Shown piece after piece: positions 58,784-64,000 of a stretch of DNA of 64,000 bases. How positions within the stretch are numbered: position 1 is the stretch's first letter; every line of letters starts with the position of its first letter. The stretch is from a virus: IMG/VR virus record IMGVR_UViG_3300037963_004147, positions 32,001 to 96,000 of that record. One strand, 5' to 3'. The notes beneath the pieces were generated by a model. The model did no database searches and had not been told where the DNA came from. It saw only the letters and a list, made by a program, of their open reading frames with translations. Position numbers and translations under genes: made by a program.

Positions 58784-59458
58784 TTACAGATCAAAGTCAT
58801 CACCTGCTGATGTTGTTGCAGGTTCAAATGAATCTGTATTATTTGAGGATTTCTTTGTAAGTTCTCTTACATGCTCCTCTTTATTAAATTTAAAGAGTCT
58901 ACTATTTTCAACATCTAATGCTTCCATAGCAACTCCATCTTTAGAGTTTCTTGGTAAAAATAAGTCATAATTAATATAACCTTCTTTATTTTCCCATTCT
59001 CTACCACCAACACATGCATTAAAGTATGTATCATCACCTGATAAAATAGCATTAGCTTGAACCATGAATTCTTCAATGGTATCTGCTTCAACATTATCAA
59101 GATCATTTCTCTTACCTAAAACCTCAGCTAAGAAAATCATACCTCTTAGAACTTCAGTATCTCTACTGATTTCTCTTCCACTTGGTAAAGTAGCATCCTT
59201 ATAAGGATAAGGACTCAATCTAATTCTACCAACTTGACCTTTATAACGAGGTCCATTTTGATCAGTGCTATCAACTAAGAAGCCCTCAAAGTCACCACCT
59301 AGTGGCTCTGATTCTACATGTAAGACTACATTATATGCATCTTTATCATATGGTGTTTGATCAAATGTAATGTTATTGATCTTCAATTTGTTGTTACCTA
59401 CTCCGATAACAGGTCTTGCTTTGCCTGAACCGGCACTCATGTCTTTTGTACTTAACAT
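58784..59458 (-). CDS. Putative single-stranded DNA-binding protein
   Basis: Beta-rich 224 aa with an acidic-aromatic tail GDDFDL, located between the AAA ATPase and primase genes. Confidence 0.5.
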   Translation of the reverse strand: MLSTKDMSAGSGKARPVIGVGNNKLKINNITFDQTPYDKDAYNVVLHVESEPLGGDFEGFLVDSTDQNGPRYKGQVGRIRLSPYPYKDATLPSGREISRDTEVLRGMIFLAEVLGKRNDLDNVEADTIEEFMVQANAILSGDDTYFNACVGGREWENKEGYINYDLFLPRNSKDGVAMEALDVENSRLFKFNKEEHVRELTKKSSNNTDSFEPATTSAGDDFDL

Positions 59459-59478
59459 ACGCTTTTTTGTTTTATTAA

Positions 59479-60162
59479 TTATTGTTCATACTTGATTATA
59501 CAATCTTTTACATATTGTAAATCATTATCTATAAAGGATTCTTCAAACATATCCATGGGAGACTTACAAGTGTTATTCCCATCAGTTTGTGTTTCAAATC
59601 CATACTTTAATACACCATCTTCTTCTTTGATAACTCTACCAAATAATACAATGGAAAATAGACCCTCCAAAGTTAAAGCATTATCTATCATTTTACCAAC
59701 AGTTTTTGCTTTTACTTTTCTACGGCCATTCATGTCTGTTGAATCTTCTGAATGAGTCAAAAAGAAACAATATAAATCATCCCTCAAATCCTTTGGATAT
59801 TTTGCAACCTGAGCTAGGTTAGTAGCGATTGAGGTGAATTTATCATACCCTTTTTCTTGAGCTTTATCAAAATATTCAAAAGCAGACATATATTGCCAAT
59901 CATCTATAACTATATTAGTTATATGAGGCATATTATCATTAACATGTTTTAAAGCTTTAATAATACCTGCAGCTGATGACGCATTAGTCATATTACCTTT
60001 AGGATTATCTTTGCTTATTAATGTATAATTTTTCTTCCAACCTTTAAAAGGTAAAGGTTTATTTGCAATGTTGATCCAAAAAGTTTGTTTTGGATCTAAA
60101 TTTCTACCTGATGTAGATTTACCAGAGCCTGACTCTGCAACTACTAATACACTTTGTGCCAT
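59479..60162 (-). CDS. AAA_24/Sak4-like P-loop ATPase
   Basis: AESGSGKST, IVIDD, GYDKF, FLTH, KTVGKM, CKSP motifs. Confidence 0.8.
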   Translation of the reverse strand: MAQSVLVVAESGSGKSTSGRNLDPKQTFWINIANKPLPFKGWKKNYTLISKDNPKGNMTNASSAAGIIKALKHVNDNMPHITNIVIDDWQYMSAFEYFDKAQEKGYDKFTSIATNLAQVAKYPKDLRDDLYCFFLTHSEDSTDMNGRRKVKAKTVGKMIDNALTLEGLFSIVLFGRVIKEEDGVLKYGFETQTDGNNTCKSPMDMFEESFIDNDLQYVKDCIIKYEQ

Positions 60163-60164
60163 AT

Positions 60165-60671
60165 TTATTTATTTGCTATTTTTTCTAATGCTATTGCTAT
60201 TCTTTTTAAGACTTTGATCATATCATCATCTTTATCATCTGGATTTGGTAAGTCATCCAATTCAAAAATTGATTTGGTTTCTTTTTCATTTCTGTTTGTG
60301 ACATCATTGATAACAATTAATTCATTAACTGGTATCATATGCCTTTCAAAACCTGAATTGCTTGTAACTAATTCATATTCAGATTTCCAATGAGCATTAT
60401 ATTTGTGTAAATACAATGTTCTTTTTGGATCTTCTGATTCATAGTTTATACTAACAAATTCTGTATATATATCTTTACCCTTTTCAAGTTCACTTGGAAA
60501 GAATGATACATATAACTCATCTTTACCTGCTGGTCTATAAGCCATTTTAGGTATATATAGAGCATCAACATTTCCAGATTTTTGGAAATAATCTTCATGC
60601 TCCTGTCTAAGTTTTGCAACTTTTTCTTTTCTTTCTGCTGAAGTCATTATTTTATTTTTAGTACTTATCAT
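60165..60671 (-). CDS. Hypothetical protein
   Basis: 168 aa with a C-terminal LKRIAIALEKIA helix; coupled to the helicase gene. Confidence 0.7.
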   Translation of the reverse strand: MISTKNKIMTSAERKEKVAKLRQEHEDYFQKSGNVDALYIPKMAYRPAGKDELYVSFFPSELEKGKDIYTEFVSINYESEDPKRTLYLHKYNAHWKSEYELVTSNSGFERHMIPVNELIVINDVTNRNEKETKSIFELDDLPNPDDKDDDMIKVLKRIAIALEKIANK

Positions 60672-61624
60672 CTTCTTTCTTGTTGATCTGGTGTATCCAT
60701 TTCAGATATCTGCATATTTTCAAACTCACCTCTAAAGAAACTCATTCTTGCATCTCCATTTCTTGCTTTTAAAAAATGTAAAACTAAAGTTCTATCATCT
60801 TTTATTATATATCTGTCTGGTCCATAATATCTAATTTTTTGTTTAGCAGGACGGTTAATACCAATTAAGGTATCTGCATGTTGTAACATTGCATCAGCAC
60901 CAAATATATCTGATTCCAATACATAGTTTCCATACTTACCATCTACAGCTCTGTCCGGGTTATCAATATTTCTATTAAGTTGTGACAGTGCAATAAACAA
61001 ACATGGATAATCACGTTTACATTGTGTAAAAAACTCACCAAGTTCAAATAACATATCTAATCTATTATTTTGATAAGGTGCTCTTTTTACAAGTATTGTA
61101 TGATCCAGTGTTATTATTGTACGTTTACCTTTATGTTCATCCATATACATATCAACTTGTTCACGCATTTGGTTTACACTCATTGGTCTACTAATAATGT
61201 CTACCGGATTTTTCACACGTTGTTTAGCATATTGATGACAATCATTTATTATATCTTGAGAAAGAGTGCTGCCTGCACTACATAACTCTTTATATGTTTT
61301 GCCTGTCAATGAACTAAACTCTCTAATAGCCGATGTTCTTCCTACCATTTCAAATTGAAACTCAAGAACTCTGAAGTCATCATCTGGATTTAACATAAAA
61401 GATTCTCTTATGATTTGGTCTTTAATTAATGTTTTACCTGAACCAGGTCTTCCACCAATTACAGTAAGAGTATTCCATTCTAATCCATCTGTTGTAGCAT
61501 CATTAAACTTTGGCCACGGAGTATATATAGACTTTTCTAGTCCTTTTGATCTTTTGACCATATATTTAAGTGCTTCATTAAAAGAGGCGTATTGTCCTCC
61601 CCAAGCTGGTTTTATATTACTCAT
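60668..61624 (-). CDS. dnaB: DnaB-like SF4 helicase (C-terminal motor domain only)
   Basis: GGRPGSGKT, FQFEM, TLDH, LSQLNR, D..GAD, KARNG. Confidence 0.88.
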   Translation of the reverse strand: MSNIKPAWGGQYASFNEALKYMVKRSKGLEKSIYTPWPKFNDATTDGLEWNTLTVIGGRPGSGKTLIKDQIIRESFMLNPDDDFRVLEFQFEMVGRTSAIREFSSLTGKTYKELCSAGSTLSQDIINDCHQYAKQRVKNPVDIISRPMSVNQMREQVDMYMDEHKGKRTIITLDHTILVKRAPYQNNRLDMLFELGEFFTQCKRDYPCLFIALSQLNRNIDNPDRAVDGKYGNYVLESDIFGADAMLQHADTLIGINRPAKQKIRYYGPDRYIIKDDRTLVLHFLKARNGDARMSFFRGEFENMQISEMDTPDQQERR

Positions 61625-61718
61625 CTGTATTTATTTCATCAATTGCTACTATTAAAGATATTACCAAAAACGTAATAGCTATTGCCCAACTAAATGAATT
61701 CGGTGTAATGTCCATCAT
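61617..61718 (-). CDS. Small membrane peptide (not in ORF track)
   Basis: 33 aa MMDITPNSFSWAIAITFLVISLIVAIDEINTDE; overlaps both flanking genes. Confidence 0.5.
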   Translation of the reverse strand: MMDITPNSFSWAIAITFLVISLIVAIDEINTDE

Positions 61719-61939
61719 TTTTTTTCTAAATATTGAATTACTTCATAATAAAATTTTTTTGCTGTTACTGCTGCTAATTCTTTAGCTGTTATTATTGATC
61801 CATGAATAGCTTGTTTAGTATCCATTATACTATCCATATTTTCACTATTAAATCCTTTATGTATTTTAATTAAAAATTCAGCATATTCCTTAACTTTTGC
61901 GGGATCTACTTTATCCTGACTATGTTCTATATTATTCAT
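61715..61939 (-). CDS. Hypothetical protein
   Basis: 74-aa ORF with ATGA-type coupling. Confidence 0.65.
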   Translation of the reverse strand: MNNIEHSQDKVDPAKVKEYAEFLIKIHKGFNSENMDSIMDTKQAIHGSIITAKELAAVTAKKFYYEVIQYLEKK

Positions 61940-62517
61940 ACTACTTTTTCTTTAAAATGATCCTCTTCATTAACTATACCATCACGAATCATATCACAAT
62001 AATCAGCTAACTTTGATGTCTTTACTTTATGTTTATCCTGTTTAGATATAAAATATTGGCTATTTTGCATGTACATATAATTATTCTTTTGATATTCATT
62101 TACATACATTTTTGTAGCTTTCATTACTTCTTCCCAGGAATAGTCATATTCTGCAAAAAACCATCTAAAGTTTTCAGTGAGAATTTTAATATTATTTCTT
62201 GCAGGTACACCTGAAGGTAATTTACCTTTAGGAAATATATCTCTATATTGATTTATATTTAATGCACCAGATTTACCTAGTAACTGTTTAGTTGTTTTTT
62301 TCTTATTTACAGTAAAATAATTATCTAATGTTACAATAATCTTTTTTCCTTGCGGAGTTATAGATTTTTCTTTAGTTATATATCCTTCTTCAAATAAAGC
62401 TAACATATCTGCAGCTTCACAAGTTGAAGGTGTAACCCCTTCATTAAATGCAAATAATATCATGCATTGATTAGGAGTTATACCATACTTTTGAATTTTA
62501 AGAAATAGGTTCCACAT
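61936..62517 (-). CDS. Putative replication initiator/helicase-loader-like protein
   Basis: N-terminal winged-helix-like segment (ITPNQ...EGYI...ITPQG) and C-terminal FP...ATKMYV...YMQ...YFI.K; upstream of dnaB. Confidence 0.45.
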   Translation of the reverse strand: MWNLFLKIQKYGITPNQCMILFAFNEGVTPSTCEAADMLALFEEGYITKEKSITPQGKKIIVTLDNYFTVNKKKTTKQLLGKSGALNINQYRDIFPKGKLPSGVPARNNIKILTENFRWFFAEYDYSWEEVMKATKMYVNEYQKNNYMYMQNSQYFISKQDKHKVKTSKLADYCDMIRDGIVNEEDHFKEKVV

Positions 62518-62953
62518 GCTTTTTTACTTTATTTAATAATAAGTGATACTTATGTGAAAAATCAAAATCCTCTAAATCAAGAAGATCTTCACCTTTTTTT
62601 GCTGAGTGAATTATTGATGCATGATGTTTTTTCAAAAATCTACCAATAACACTAGGTCCATAATGCAATTGTTTTAATACAATTAAACAATATGCATGAA
62701 CATAATTCATCCATTCTCTTTCTCTTGTATATTGAGGTTCTGAATAACATTGTATATAATGCGGATGAAATTCATTCACTATTTCAAATAACAAATCCCA
62801 GACTTTACTTAATTCAAGTGGATAAACATCTTCAAAATTAGAATTAGCTATGTATAATGTAATTCCATATTTTGATTTAATTTCTTCTCTGAATTTTTTA
62901 ATATCTAGATTGAATTTTGTTTCTACTTTTTGTTTGATTGTTGGTTCTGACAT
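62498..62953 (-). CDS. Protein with DnaA domain-IV-like HTH
   Basis: YGPSVIGRFLKKHHASIIHSAKK resembles the DnaA signature (S...IG..F..RDHTTV.HA). Confidence 0.6.
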   Translation of the reverse strand: MSEPTIKQKVETKFNLDIKKFREEIKSKYGITLYIANSNFEDVYPLELSKVWDLLFEIVNEFHPHYIQCYSEPQYTREREWMNYVHAYCLIVLKQLHYGPSVIGRFLKKHHASIIHSAKKGEDLLDLEDFDFSHKYHLLLNKVKKHVEPIS

Positions 62954-62983
62954 AAGGTATAAATTTACAAAATATTGAGTTAT

Positions 62984-63685
62984 TTACCAAAATATACTAA
63001 TACCCTTTGACTCTTTTAAATGTTTATTTATTTCATTAAAAACATCTTTACCATCCCACTTTCCACCTTTATATGCGGCAGATGCTGGATGAGGTACTTT
63101 GAATATTTTTTGATTATGTATTCTCATATGCCACTCTTCAGCTTTTTTACCTAGTAGCACGGTTGGAATATTAGATTTTTCTTTATTAATAGAATCTAAT
63201 ATCATTTTAGTTATTGGTTTCCATATACCATAATGACTACCTATCTTTCCAATTTGTACTGTAAATGCAGTATTAAGCATTAGCACACCTTGTTCTGACC
63301 AACGTTTTAAATTTGGATCTCTAACATAATCTGTATAGTGTGTATCTAGATAATCAAAAATATATCTTAATGATGGTTGTTCTTTCATTGTTTTAGAGCA
63401 ACTAAAAGATATACCATCAGCTACACCAAGCTGTGGATATGGATCTTGACCTATCATTATTACACTTAACTTATCATAAGGACAATAAATAAATGCATTA
63501 AATAGATCTTTTAAAACTGGAGTAAATCTTCTATTATTTTCAACATCATTTTTTAGTTTATAAATAACTTCTTCAAAATAAGTGCTATCAATAATAGGGT
63601 TTAAAATATTTTCCCAACCTGTTCCAGCTATTTTAGCTTTATACTTTTCTTTTATTTCTATTATGTTAATATCAATTTTATTCAT
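62984..63685 (-). CDS. ung: Uracil-DNA glycosylase (family 1)
   Basis: GQDPY, A.G.SFS, PSL, W..QGVLMLN, HPAS motifs. Confidence 0.92.
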   Translation of the reverse strand: MNKIDINIIEIKEKYKAKIAGTGWENILNPIIDSTYFEEVIYKLKNDVENNRRFTPVLKDLFNAFIYCPYDKLSVIMIGQDPYPQLGVADGISFSCSKTMKEQPSLRYIFDYLDTHYTDYVRDPNLKRWSEQGVLMLNTAFTVQIGKIGSHYGIWKPITKMILDSINKEKSNIPTVLLGKKAEEWHMRIHNQKIFKVPHPASAAYKGGKWDGKDVFNEINKHLKESKGISIFW

Positions 63686-63714
63686 ATATTTGATTATAAA
63701 TTTAATTTAAAATT

Positions 63715-64000
63715 ATGTCAGACCAGATAGAAGTTGGTGAATCTTTTGATCCAACAAAGAATATAGAAAATCTCCAAATAAACACAAGTTATATTTCAGG
63801 CTTAGAAGAAGCTATGATATTCTTTATTGGTAAATTAGAAGATCCAAAATCTGTACTGCCAATGTTTGAGAAATTTGAGAAATATGTTGAAGGAAAACTT
63901 GATATAACAGAAAATCCTTTTACTCATGAAGAAAGATCTATATATACTATATTCTCACTACAACAATACATAAAAGCCAAAGCATATGAACAAGGCTTAA
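63715..64000 (+). CDS. Hypothetical protein, 3' truncated by window end
   Basis: ATTATG start at 63715 with an open frame MSDQIEVGESFDP...KAYEQGL to the window end. Confidence 0.65.
   Translation, partial: MSDQIEVGESFDPTKNIENLQINTSYISGLEEAMIFFIGKLEDPKSVLPMFEKFEKYVEGKLDITENPFTHEERSIYTIFSLQQYIKAKAYEQGL

Noticed and set aside
1-64000. Stop-codon reassignment (TAG/TGA), known in some crAss-like phages
   Set aside because: Giant ORFs are intact in code 11, TAG and TGA end genes at sensible boundaries, and no suppressor tRNA is present.
1-64000. CRISPR array, DGR, transposon or integrase
   Set aside because: No regularly spaced repeats, reverse transcriptase, TR/VR pair or recombinase motifs were seen.

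Overview
AT-rich fragment of a crAss-like, Bacteroidetes (probably Flavobacteriaceae)-infecting dsDNA phage, read in the standard genetic code. Evidence for the host: no Shine-Dalgarno sequences and frequent ATTATG starts with A at -3. The + strand block 1-31069 encodes large virion or ejection proteins. These include a 5082-aa giant carrying a zincin HEAFH motif and the crAss-type RNA polymerase motif GADFDIDK, and a 1929-aa protein with a PD-(D/E)xK nuclease domain. A short - strand block (tRNA-Arg(UCU), nrdA, nrdB) follows. The + strand block 34353-44257 has membrane, holin and small basic proteins plus two tail-fibre/adhesin pairs. The long - strand block 44438-63685 has PolB, an exonuclease, a Mom-like acetyltransferase, an SPL-like radical SAM enzyme, RusA, primase, a putative SSB, an AAA ATPase, DnaB, a DnaA-C-like HTH and Ung. 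The most promising novel signals are: (1) a contiguous seven-gene module in which a MoxR-type ATPase and a peptidase-VWA protein sit among three paralogues sharing a helical SxxxE(N/D) motif, two of which also have BRCT-like domains and one an SSB-tail mimic; (2) a short xxxG(G/N/T) motif repeated about 25 times across likely capsid-cargo proteins; (3) a family of nested stem-loop RNAs in minus-strand intergenic gaps; (4) a TATATTATAnTGTA late-promoter candidate. All family assignments come from motif recognition by eye; no database searches were run.
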